This document shows, one piece after another, positions 50,153 through 59,578 of a stretch of DNA of 64,000 bases. This stretch comes from Nitrosopumilus sp. Its GTDB lineage: Archaea; Thermoproteota; Nitrososphaeria; Nitrososphaerales; Nitrosopumilaceae. Below the pieces are notes generated by a model, which was not told the DNA's origin, did not search any database, and saw nothing but the letters and a program-made list of their open reading frames with translations. Numbering within the stretch: the stretch's first letter is position 1; every line of letters starts with the position of its first letter. The stretch spans positions 96,001 to 160,000 of the forward strand of contig CBDBGZ010000004.1 of the NCBI GenBank assembly GCA_965205425.1, written 5' to 3'. Both the position numbers and the translations under genes were made by a program.

Positions 50153-51607
50153 CTAATATCCTCTGGCAAAAATTGGTCTTGACACACTCTGTTCTTGACA
50201 GTAAATGCATTTTTGATTTGTAATTTCACTTCCAAATGGAATTACTCTTATTTCTGCACCTGTTTCCTCTTTGATTTTATCTTCACACTCTAATTTTCCA
50301 CACCATGGAGAGTTGAAGAATCCTCCTTTTTCTATTTTTGATTTAAATTCTGAATAATCTGAAATGTCTAATGTGTTGTTTTTTGCTTGCTCTTTGGCTT
50401 TTGTTAACATCTCAACTTGAATTTCATCTAATATTGTAGGGATTTTTTCTGTTTCATCAAATTTCAAATTTATTTTCTCTAAATTGTAACGTTTTGCAAC
50501 AACTATGCTTTCTTTTTCAATATCTTTTGGTCCAACCTCAATTCTTAGTGGCACCCCTTTCATTTCCCAATCATTGAATTTGTATCCTGGTGACAATCCC
50601 TCTCTTTCATCTATCTGTACTCTGATATCTTTTGATTCTAATGCATTTTTGATTTCTTCAACTTTTGACAATACTGTATTTTTACCTTCATCATTTCTGT
50701 AAATAGGTACGATTACTACTTGTATTGGAGCTACTTTTGGTGGTAACACTAATCCTTTATCATCCCCGTGAGCCATGATCATCGCTCCAATCAATCTCCA
50801 TGAAACTCCCCATGATGTTTGCCATGCAAAATGTTCTACGTTATCTTTATCTGCAAATTTAACTTCAAATGGTTTTGAAAAGTTTTGTCCTAAGAAATGT
50901 GATGTACCCATTTGTAGTGCTTTACCGTCTGGCATTATTGATTCCATGGTAGTTGTATACACTGCACCGACAAATTTCTCTTTCTCACTTTTCTTTCCAG
51001 TACTTACTGGAATTGCAAGTTCTTCTTCTACTGTATTTTTGTAAATATCTAAAATTTTCATTACTTCTTTTTCTGCCTCTTCTTGTGTGACATGTACTGT
51101 GTGACCTTCTTGCCACAAAAATTCTGAAGTTCTAAGAAATGGTTTAGTTGCTTTGATTTCAGCTCTCAAAGCTGTATTCCAAAAATTAATTTTTAATGGT
51201 AAATCTCTCCAACTTTGAATCCATTTTGAATATAGTGTATATGCTAATGTTTCCGATGTTGGTCTTAATGCAAGTCTGTCTCCTACTTCATTGATTCCTG
51301 AATGAGTTACCCAAAACACTTCTGGATTAAATCCTGCAAAATGTTTTTGTTCTTTACCTAGTAGTGATTCTGGAATTAATATTGGCAAAAACCCATTTCT
51401 GATTCCATTTTTAGCAAATTTCTTATCAAATGTACTTCTTAGTGATTCCCATATTGAATACCCGTCAGGTCTGAGAACAATTAGTCCTTTGACTGGAGCA
51501 TAATCTGCTAATTTGGCTTTGAGCACGACTTGAGTATACCATTCACTAAAATCATCATTTTTTGAAACTGTAATCCCTATGTCTTCTTTACCCAAACTAG
51601 AATTCAA
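50153..51607 (-). CDS. proS: Proline--tRNA ligase (archaeal/eukaryotic type)
   Basis: LRPTSET, EFLWQEGH, SHFLGQNFSK and C-terminal ARGY. Confidence 0.98.
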   Translation of the reverse strand: MNSSLGKEDIGITVSKNDDFSEWYTQVVLKAKLADYAPVKGLIVLRPDGYSIWESLRSTFDKKFAKNGIRNGFLPILIPESLLGKEQKHFAGFNPEVFWVTHSGINEVGDRLALRPTSETLAYTLYSKWIQSWRDLPLKINFWNTALRAEIKATKPFLRTSEFLWQEGHTVHVTQEEAEKEVMKILDIYKNTVEEELAIPVSTGKKSEKEKFVGAVYTTTMESIMPDGKALQMGTSHFLGQNFSKPFEVKFADKDNVEHFAWQTSWGVSWRLIGAMIMAHGDDKGLVLPPKVAPIQVVIVPIYRNDEGKNTVLSKVEEIKNALESKDIRVQIDEREGLSPGYKFNDWEMKGVPLRIEVGPKDIEKESIVVAKRYNLEKINLKFDETEKIPTILDEIQVEMLTKAKEQAKNNTLDISDYSEFKSKIEKGGFFNSPWCGKLECEDKIKEETGAEIRVIPFGSEITNQKCIYCQEQSVSRPIFARGY

Positions 51608-51689
51608 TGAATTAATTTAACTAATGAGCCTTTCGTGAGGGGTTTTCGTCATATTTATTTATGAAAACTCCCAAGAATGTATGTGAAAC

Positions 51690-52731
51690 TGTTCTTTCCA
51701 AAAATTATTTCGTGTCACTTTCATGAGTAATTCCTCCATAGAATGCTTGGGTCTATGAGTATTTCGTTTGTTATCATCTTGGAGTGATACGCATCAGATG
51801 GTGTCTCCATGTTATCCAAGTCTAGTGCGCCATGAACTCTAATGTGATTGTACCAATGCATAAACTGCTCCACTGACTCAAAGTATTCTATTTTACACTC
51901 AAAGATATCCCAGAACTTTTCTAGCTTACCATTTGTTTGTGGATGTCTCACTCTTGTACGAGAGTGCTTTACGTGATGTCTCATTAGTTGCTGCTCAAAG
52001 TCTACTGGCTTGTTATGATCAAGAGTATTGACATTTGATGTGAACTGTTTTCCATTATCAGATAGTACAGATGCTGGTCTACCGTGATTCTTTATTGCAT
52101 CAGATAGTACTTCAGAAGAATTCACAGATGTTGCCTCATCATACACTCCGAAACCCGTGATAAATCGTGAGGCATCATCTTCAAATGCAATTAGTTGTTT
52201 TCCTGCCCAGCGTGAATCATGTATTGTGTGCCAGTCAGTATGCCACAGTGAATTTGAATATTCACGTTCATACCTGATCCACTTTCTTCTCATCTTTTTC
52301 CGTGGTTGCTCAACTGATAATCCTTCATCTAGCATAATCTTGTGGATGCGATTGTGGTTTATCTTGGTATTGTACAATTTTGATATGATTTTCTCAAGGT
52401 ATAGTGCGTTTGTATGAAATTTTTCTTGAACTTGTTTGACTAGCTCTATCTCGTGTACAGTGACTGGCTTTTTTGGACGCCCTGGTCTTTTGAGTGTGGG
52501 AATCTTTTTGGTTTTTTTGTACTGAGAGTAGACTTGTTGTACTCTTCTAGGCGTTATCTTGAGGATTACTGAAATATCTAAATTCTTGACTTTTTCATTT
52601 TTAGATTGTATAATCCACCTGATCTTATTCTCATCTAACTTTACCATAGGTATGCCACGATACCCACGCATACGATAGTATGGGAATGATGCTCTCCTAG
52701 TTAAGGGGTGAAATAATTTCCGGAAAAGATA
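51690..52731 (-). mobile_element. IS481-like element A copy 4, no TSD
   Basis: 1042 bp with the same IRs; flanks gaatgtatgtgaaac and caagaacagtaaatt do not match. Confidence 0.95.
51721..52671 (-). CDS. IS481-family transposase
   Basis: Same protein as copies 2 and 3. Confidence 0.93.
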   Translation of the reverse strand: MRGYRGIPMVKLDENKIRWIIQSKNEKVKNLDISVILKITPRRVQQVYSQYKKTKKIPTLKRPGRPKKPVTVHEIELVKQVQEKFHTNALYLEKIISKLYNTKINHNRIHKIMLDEGLSVEQPRKKMRRKWIRYEREYSNSLWHTDWHTIHDSRWAGKQLIAFEDDASRFITGFGVYDEATSVNSSEVLSDAIKNHGRPASVLSDNGKQFTSNVNTLDHNKPVDFEQQLMRHHVKHSRTRVRHPQTNGKLEKFWDIFECKIEYFESVEQFMHWYNHIRVHGALDLDNMETPSDAYHSKMITNEILIDPSILWRNYS

Positions 52732-52774
52732 CAAGAACAGTAAATTGAAAAGACTTATGACTGGGGCATACGTC

Positions 52775-53737
52775 TTATTTTGTTGGTATTTTGTTTAACT
52801 TTTCGATAATGTTTTTTTCTAATTCTATGATTTTTTCTTTTACTATTTTTGATTTTTCGTATTTGATTCCCTTATATTCAATTATTTTGTATTTTTTTAT
52901 GCTCAGTTCATAATTATTATCCTTAATTTCCTTAATTGGAACAAAGAAGTGTTTCTCCTTCCTATCTTTGTTGTCTTCTTTGTGTCTGTTCTTGAATTTT
53001 TCAATTATATCTGGAATGTCATCTTGCTCAATCTTAGTTCTCTTGTCATCTAAACTAAATCCATCATTTTCCATATCATAAAACCAAACTTCTTTTGTTG
53101 GTTCACCTTTTATGAAAAACAAAACTGCCGTAGAAACTCCTGCATATGGTTTAAAAACCCCTGATGGCATAGAAATTATTGCATTGAGATTACATCTTTC
53201 AAGTAATAATTTTCTTATTTTTTGATGTGCATTTGAAGTTCCAAATAATGCCCCATCTGGAACAATAACTGAACATCTTCCACTCATTCGCAAAAGATTA
53301 AACATTAATTCTAAAAATAATACTTCTGTCTTTTTTGTCTGAATCCTAAAGTTATCTCCAAGCTCTGACTGATCAATACTTCCCTTGAAAGGTGGATTGG
53401 CTAGAACAATATCATAATAATTTGATTCGCTATATCTTTTAGATAATGTATTTTTCCTTTCAATGTTTGGATTTCTAATTCCATGCATCATCAAATTCAT
53501 TAAAGAAATTCTTGTCATTGTCTGATCAAAGTCAAATCCATATAGACTCTCTTCTCTGAGAATTTCCCATTGGGAATCATTCATTTTATCTCCTGCAAAA
53601 TTCCCTTCTCTGAGTAATCCCTTTGAAGTTTTATTTTTTAGAATGTGTTCATATGAGGCAATAAGAAAACCTGCAGTTCCACAGGCTGGATCACAAATTT
53701 TGTCCCCATATTTTGGGTCTAAAATATCAACCATCAT
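52775..53737 (-). pseudogene. hsdM: Type I RM methyltransferase HsdM lacking its N-terminal domain
   Basis: DPACGTAGFL, ANPPF and GVFKPYAGV motifs; starts after the usual GQFRTP segment; no hsdS or hsdR. Confidence 0.85.
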
Positions 53738-53857
53738 GTTGGTGAATACAAAAAACCTATGAAAGATTTTCTTTCAAAATTTATGGGCAAAAATCGAAAT
53801 CCATCAGAAACTTTTTTGGAAGAAGAAAAATATCGATTTACAAAAATATTCAAGTAA
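53738..53857 (+). pseudogene. Short fragment resembling DUF262 (GmrS-like) defence proteins
   Basis: VGEYKKPMKDFLSKFMGKNRNPSETFLEEEKYRFTKIFK*. Confidence 0.4.
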
Positions 53858-54149
53858 ATGAAAAAATAATGTTAACCTTTTTTGTGCCTAATTCTTGTTG
53901 TACATCTGGAAAAACTAATTCTTTGAAAGCAATAATAGTAATTTTAGCAGGGAATTTACTAAGAAATAAACGGACATCACTAGCATAATTAACATGCATC
54001 ATTTCAGCAGGAATAACCATTCCAAGTCTTCCTCCATCATTAAGACTGAACATTCCCGCAATTAGAAAAGGAGCCCAGATATTGGTGAGTTTATTTGATT
54101 TTATTCCTGCAGATTCCACAATTTTCTTTGCTTCTTTTTTAGATAGCAT
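53850..54149 (-). pseudogene. Internal fragment of an Eco57I-like N6-adenine methyltransferase
   Basis: NIWAPFL..LNDGGRLGMVIPAEMMHVNYA..R.FL. Confidence 0.72.
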
Positions 54150-54416
54150 CTATTCCTCCAAATATTCCTGGATTTTATTTTTCATCTTTGGATTCAGACT
54201 GACTTCTAATCCATATCCTGTAGGTTTTGATAAAATCAGATTTTCTTTGATCAGAGATTCTCCCATTTTATCTATTTTTTTGAAACCCTGTTTTCCAGTA
54301 TCTCGTTGACTGAATCCTTTTTTGAGATTCTCAAATGAGGTATGGCTAGCACCCCAATTTCCACGTCTGTAGAGTTTTCGTATGATTCTACCTTTGATTT
54401 TATCGTCTGTTAGCAT
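54150..54416 (-). CDS. Small basic winged-helix-like protein
   Basis: IIRKLYRRGNWGASHT...KPTGYGLEVSLNP. Confidence 0.7.
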   Translation of the reverse strand: MLTDDKIKGRIIRKLYRRGNWGASHTSFENLKKGFSQRDTGKQGFKKIDKMGESLIKENLILSKPTGYGLEVSLNPKMKNKIQEYLEE

Positions 54417-54478
54417 GTGTTCACTTATAGTACCTTTGTTGGTTCACATTTAAATACATTTAAAATCATAGTATTGCT

Positions 54479-54832
54479 ATGGAAGACCAATCACTACTCC
54501 TACAGTACATGGGAGATACTCCAAAACTCAGAATAATAGACTTCTTTCTGGATAATAGAGAGAGTGATTATTCTAAAAAAGAGATTATAGAGTACACAGG
54601 TATTTCTAAAACTACATTTTACAAGGTTTGGGATGGAATTTTAGAATTTGAATTTTTAAAAACTACAAGAAAGTATGGCAAAGCACAACTATACGCACTA
54701 AATCCAGATTGTACACTTATCCAGAAGTTTAAAGATCTGGATAATGAACTTGGGAAGCAAGCCATGCAAAAGGCAACAGAAGAACCAATCCCTGCTCTGT
54801 CGTATCCCAAAATCAGTTCGTCCCTTATTTGA
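54479..54832 (+). CDS. Winged-helix regulator, 3' end replaced by IS481-like element B
   Basis: GDTPKLRIIDFFL..YSKKEI..TGISKTT..TRKYGKAQLY; the IS starts at 54798. Confidence 0.8.
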   Translation: MEDQSLLLQYMGDTPKLRIIDFFLDNRESDYSKKEIIEYTGISKTTFYKVWDGILEFEFLKTTRKYGKAQLYALNPDCTLIQKFKDLDNELGKQAMQKATEEPIPALSYPKISSSLI

Positions 54833-55826
54833 CATCGTATTCTTCTCCTGTCTGCTCATCAATAACTCTTGTTCCCTTCTCTGGCATCTTTCTTGCATAT
54901 GCCTTTACAGGGGTCTCAAGATTATCCCAGTCAAGTGACATGTGTGGCTTTATGTGATTGTACCAGTGGACCAGCTCATCAATGGTGCCAAACCATTTCT
55001 GCTTTCTCTGAATCTCGCCGTGAAATCTTTCTAACTTTCCATTTGTCTGTGGATGATTCACTCTTGCCATGATATGCTTTATCTCTAATTTTACCAGTTC
55101 TTGCTCAAACTGAGATGCTCCTTTTCTCTTGTATTCTGATTGGTTTGCATAAAACTGGGAGCCATGATCAGTTAGAATTGATGCAGGCCTACCATGCTTT
55201 GCAATTGCCTCATGTAATACCACAAGTGCGTTATCTGTTGTTGCCTCTGCAAACACTCCATGAGAAACGATAAATCTTGATGCGTCATCCTGGTAGCATA
55301 AGAACCATCTGCCATCATCTAGCTTCTTCCAGTCAGTATGCCACATGGAGTTTGAATATGTCCTCTCGTATCTAACCCACTTTCGTCTTCTCCTCTTCTT
55401 TGGCTGAGCTTCTGCCAACCCTTCATCTCTCATAATTTTGTGTATGGTATTGTGAGGTATGTGTGTTCCAGTAGTATCAATTATTTTCTCCAAGAATACT
55501 GCAGAACACCTGAACTTTTCAAATGTAGACTGGACAGTCTGTACCATCTGCTCTGTGATTATTCCCTTTGGCCTTCCAGGCTTGCCTAGAATCGGAACTG
55601 CACCAGTACGGCGATACCGTGAGTAGAGTTTCTGCACCCACCGAACAGATATCTTCATGGATGAGGCTACGTCTGCGTTCTTGGCACCATCCTCTTTTGA
55701 CTTGATTATCCAGGATATCTGGATTGGATCTAACTTTTGCATAATCTTGTGATTCTTTCCTCTTTTCCAAACGTATCTTGACTTTAGTCTGGAAATAATG
55801 GGGTGAACTAATTTGAGGATAATAGA
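54798..55826 (-). mobile_element. IS481-like element B (about 1029 bp), no TSD
   Basis: Imperfect IRs tgtcgtatcccaaaatcagttc / tctattatcctcaaattagttc. Confidence 0.9.
54825..55742 (-). CDS. IS481-family transposase (distant paralog of element A)
   Basis: WHTD, DDASR, TDHGSQF and HPQTNGKLERF motifs. Confidence 0.93.
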   Translation of the reverse strand: MQKLDPIQISWIIKSKEDGAKNADVASSMKISVRWVQKLYSRYRRTGAVPILGKPGRPKGIITEQMVQTVQSTFEKFRCSAVFLEKIIDTTGTHIPHNTIHKIMRDEGLAEAQPKKRRRRKWVRYERTYSNSMWHTDWKKLDDGRWFLCYQDDASRFIVSHGVFAEATTDNALVVLHEAIAKHGRPASILTDHGSQFYANQSEYKRKGASQFEQELVKLEIKHIMARVNHPQTNGKLERFHGEIQRKQKWFGTIDELVHWYNHIKPHMSLDWDNLETPVKAYARKMPEKGTRVIDEQTGEEYDVK

Positions 55827-55968
55827 GTCCCTAATTCAGCTCCAAATAAATAAATCAGATAGCAAGAACTTTTAATTTTTGTTCTATTTCCTATGAAATT
55901 CGTCATATTTTAACGAAAAACTGAATTAGGAAACAAAGTTGTTGCTAAACGTTCTGTGTCAGTTTGAC

Positions 55969-56994
55969 GGGTGTGTCCTAAAACTATCCTCTAACATGTT
56001 TTGTAACCCCCATCAAATTAACAACTCGTATGTTGTAACAAATTACACGCAACGCCAACTCTTTTCTTTGAACCAACTTGTTTTTTGATGACAAGCTATT
56101 TCCAAAGATTCTTTTGAGTACTGCAAATACTGATTCAACAAGTGACCTCTTGTGATAATGTCTGTCAAATTCATCTTGATTGTCCTGGAATAATGTTATC
56201 ATTTTTTTCCATGATGCAGAGCCTTTGGGATTTCTAACTGTGTTCTTCTTTGGTTTGATGTATGGTATCTTTTGCAGAGTAGCTACCATATTGCAAATGT
56301 CTCGTGACAAATATGCAGGATCTGCACAAAAATCACCAATTCCCTTTGGAATGTCTTTGATTAGTTTTTTGAGAATTGGTGCATCACCACGAGTTCCTTT
56401 AGTAATGTCAAAAGATACTATTGCCATGGACTGTATTGCAATTAGGATGTGCAGTTTTAGATATAATTTCTTGGATTTGTGCGTGTTTGTCTTGATGTCA
56501 AACCAAGCCTCACATCTTTTGGTACCAAATCCTGAACTGTCAGGAGCTATGTCTTTTTTTTGATTGGTTCTGTGAGTTTTGCGTTTACCTTTTTCAAATA
56601 AGGCATTGGAATTCTTTTTAGACTGTCATTAATGACAGTCTTGCTTGGTGCTTTTTTGAGCTCCATTATTTCCAACAGATCCGGCCTTGATCTCAAGTGG
56701 GACTCCATGGAACGATAATCCAATCCAAACTTTACCTTTAGCATTGCACACATTATCTTTGCTTTTGTTGGAAATGCAGGACGTCCGCCTGTCTTTGGTT
56801 CCCATGGTGTATCCATACTCCAAACTGTCTTCTTTACTTTTTCCAAGAATAGAATCTCCTCATCCTTGCGATATGTGCCATATACTTGCCAGTCTCTTTT
56901 TGATTTGTTTTGCATAGTTGTTGTGATTCCATGCGATCAATATGTTACAGAATTGAATAAAATTGTTATATTTGTCTACTTTTAGGACACACCC
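55969..56994 (-). mobile_element. IS5-family element copy B (1026 bp)
   Basis: Apparently identical to copy A; ORFs 56547-56915 and 55984-56427. Confidence 0.94.
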
Positions 56995-57213
56995 GATTAT
57001 TACAAAGCAGTTAATGAGCCACTAAGAAAAGCAGTCTAGCCCAAAAATATATTTTCAAGAAATACTAGAAAATAGTGTTAGTTGGTTAGTGTGGAAATAT
57101 ACTGAATACCACTCGTTCTAATTTTGAATGATTAAAACGGTTTGACATTCAAAATGGAATGCTGATACCAATTAACAATACTATTCTATAGCGGTTTTTC
57201 AGAACAAGAAGTT

Positions 57214-57474
57214 ATGGGCAGAACAATATTCATTAAAGAAATAATTACGATACTAAAAGAACCAAGACTTTGCCCCACATGTCAAAAAGAAGACAGATTA
57301 GAAAAAGACCTAGTTAGAGAAGAAAGATCAAGCGGAAAGACAATTCTTTGTTCAAGATGTGAAGCATTGATTGTAATTACTAACCATAATCTCAAAGTGG
57401 TAGATTTGTCATCTACGAAAGATGATACAATTATGTTAAAAGAGCCTCATTTGATCAGAAAAGTTGGTTATTGA
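57214..57474 (+). CDS. Zinc-ribbon hypothetical protein
   Basis: CPTC...CSRC. Confidence 0.78.
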   Translation: MGRTIFIKEIITILKEPRLCPTCQKEDRLEKDLVREERSSGKTILCSRCEALIVITNHNLKVVDLSSTKDDTIMLKEPHLIRKVGY

Positions 57475-57495
57475 TTATCAATTTTTTAAGTAAAA

Positions 57496-57942
57496 TTAGA
57501 TCTTTGGTTTTGAAAATGGTTTTCCTGCAGATTGTTTGTCAGTAGAATCTTTTTTGTAAATTCGTTTCTTTGTAGCTGATTTTTCGGAAATAGGTTTCTT
57601 CGAGAATTGTACATCGAATAATCTCTTATTTGTTTTATTTTCTTTGCTGTCAGGAGTTAATCTTGTAGATAATAATCCTTTTTTATCTTCTAATAGCATA
57701 GCAATTATACGAGGTCGAATGTACCTAGCAATTTCCCATTCTTTCAAATCAGCATTACGAGATTCTTCTTTAATTATTAGACCAGCTAACCCATTACTCC
57801 AAATGTGACGTTTGGTATCATACACTTCAATAACTTTTCCATGTTTAGTAATCTTGATTGCCCCGTGACATCTTTGAACAATTTGCTCGGCTACACGTTG
57901 ATAGATTTTTTCAAAATTTGCCAATACCATAGTGGAAATCAA
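57496..57942 (-). CDS. Hypothetical protein with basic tail
   Basis: Clean ORF. Confidence 0.7.
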   Translation of the reverse strand: MISTMVLANFEKIYQRVAEQIVQRCHGAIKITKHGKVIEVYDTKRHIWSNGLAGLIIKEESRNADLKEWEIARYIRPRIIAMLLEDKKGLLSTRLTPDSKENKTNKRLFDVQFSKKPISEKSATKKRIYKKDSTDKQSAGKPFSKPKI

Positions 57943-58084
57943 TCATGTGAAAAAGGTTCTGATTTAGAAATTGAATGATAATATATCCTAGAAAATGTTA
58001 GAAAAAGTGCTGATGATTAATCAACCTCTAAGCTATAACTGATAGATGATGAGAATTGCCGAATTATGAAGCATGTTTAATTTA

Positions 58085-58477
58085 TCACATTTGACGTTCG
58101 CGGACATTTACCATCATAGATAATGGTGGTGATAATACTGAAGGATTATCAATACTTTCCCAAACATATACCTGAATGTGATAAGTTCCAGATTCAGTAG
58201 GAATCCAAGATTGTGCAGGTGAAAATGACTGTCTAGGGGATAAAGAGCCAGTAATCCAAGACAACGAAATCACGACATCATCAGAATTTCTAACTTGGGT
58301 AATATATGCAAAAATTTGTGGAGTGTCTTGATTATTTGAAATGTCAGCCATTATCATAATTTGTTCATCAACAAAGTGTGTTTTTTCTTCAGAGGAATTT
58401 TGAGTTGTTATAGGATCTCCAAATGCCACTCCCATACTTGTTGTTGCCTCTGGGATGGTAAGAAGTAGAATTTTCAT
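58085..58477 (-). CDS. Hypothetical protein, thaumarchaeal Ig-like domain
   Basis: FAYITQV..SLSWITGSL..SW.P..G.Y....VWES pattern. Confidence 0.72.
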   Translation of the reverse strand: MKILLLTIPEATTSMGVAFGDPITTQNSSEEKTHFVDEQIMIMADISNNQDTPQIFAYITQVRNSDDVVISLSWITGSLSPRQSFSPAQSWIPTESGTYHIQVYVWESIDNPSVLSPPLSMMVNVRERQM

Positions 58478-58505
58478 AACCCAGTATTAGGAGGATGCGT
58501 ATTTA

Positions 58506-58721
58506 ATGTATCTAATGGGTAAAGAACTTCCTGAAAATTTTCCAGAGTTTTCAATAATGTACAAGACGCTAACAAAACAAATCAAAATTCTTAAAAAATC
58601 ATTAGATGGAAAACAAGGTACAGAACTAGAAGAAATTCAAATGAAAATTCAAAACTATGAATCAGAAATTTTGAAAATTAAGAAAAAGTTTCCAGATAAT
58701 TTTTTTGAAGAATTAAATTAA
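58506..58721 (+). CDS. Small coiled-coil hypothetical protein
   Basis: Clean ORF. Confidence 0.7.
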   Translation: MYLMGKELPENFPEFSIMYKTLTKQIKILKKSLDGKQGTELEEIQMKIQNYESEILKIKKKFPDNFFEELN

Positions 58722-58949
58722 TTATTCATGTGTATGATCATGACCACAATCACAAGAATGATCATCACCTTTAAGAGACATTAATTTTTGTACCATTTCA
58801 TCACGAATTTTAAGTAAATCGCCAACTTGTTGTTTCATAGATTCTGAATCCCAATGACTTTGGTGTAGTTCCCTAACAACGTCAATAATTTCAAGATCTA
58901 CATTTAGAAGATTATCCATTAGTTGTTCTTGTTCATTCATAATATCCAT
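58722..58949 (-). CDS. Small protein with His/Cys-rich C-terminus
   Basis: DDHSCDCGHDHTHE tail. Confidence 0.75.
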   Translation of the reverse strand: MDIMNEQEQLMDNLLNVDLEIIDVVRELHQSHWDSESMKQQVGDLLKIRDEMVQKLMSLKGDDHSCDCGHDHTHE

Positions 58950-58998
58950 TCAACATACTAGAAAAAAAACTATTCTAATCAAATTACCCAATAATGAA

Positions 58999-59439
58999 TT
59001 ATTCAGCTTCCATGCTTTCTTTTAGAAGATTTTTTCGTACTAAGATTGGAATATTGTAAAAAGCACCCAAGGCCATCGCGTCAGATGCACGATAATTTCT
59101 TAAAACCAAATCCTTTTTTCCAGTAAAATACAAATTTGCACGTAATACGTCACCGCTTTCATAGATTTTGACTTTAACTAACACCAATTCACTTTGCTCA
59201 CAAATCTCTTCAATCATTTTATAAATAGAGGGTGCGGCTTCGCCTTCAGATTCACCAAAACTAGAGATATGTTTTGCTACTTCTCCAGAAAATGCCCTCA
59301 TATGGAATTCTTTTCCATTATCAGCTTTTAGAACAACCATGCCTTCAACAGCATATGGATCTACAAATCCAACATAATTGATTTTTACAGAGTCATAATC
59401 AGGCTCTTGTGCTTGATCAATTTCCATTGTATTACGCAT
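58999..59439 (-). CDS. Bifunctional nuclease family protein (DUF151)
   Basis: RASDAMAL..IPILV motif. Confidence 0.85.
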   Translation of the reverse strand: MRNTMEIDQAQEPDYDSVKINYVGFVDPYAVEGMVVLKADNGKEFHMRAFSGEVAKHISSFGESEGEAAPSIYKMIEEICEQSELVLVKVKIYESGDVLRANLYFTGKKDLVLRNYRASDAMALGAFYNIPILVRKNLLKESMEAE

Positions 59440-59578
59440 AAACTTCCTTGTCAGTGCTTATAAAGATAGCAAAAAAAATGAGATCAGGATGAAAAATAAG
59501 TAATGGTAAATTTTTTTTAAACGATCAAGACTCATGCGCAACCCCAAATTATTTAAAATCCCCAACTAAGGTAGCTTA

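Noticed and set aside
1..52746. IS481 copies 1 and 4 as partners of one inversion
   Set aside because: Their flanks do not cross-match as swapped TSD halves; any partners must lie outside the window
52762..52771. Third tatgcccc motif (minus strand) near the hsdM end
   Set aside because: Only 8-9 bp with no promoter context; compatible with chance
55829..55930. cctaattcag...ctgaattagg inverted repeat as an integron attC site
   Set aside because: Ends are not RYYYAAC/GTTRRRY, the expected unpaired spacer is paired, and there is no integrase or second site
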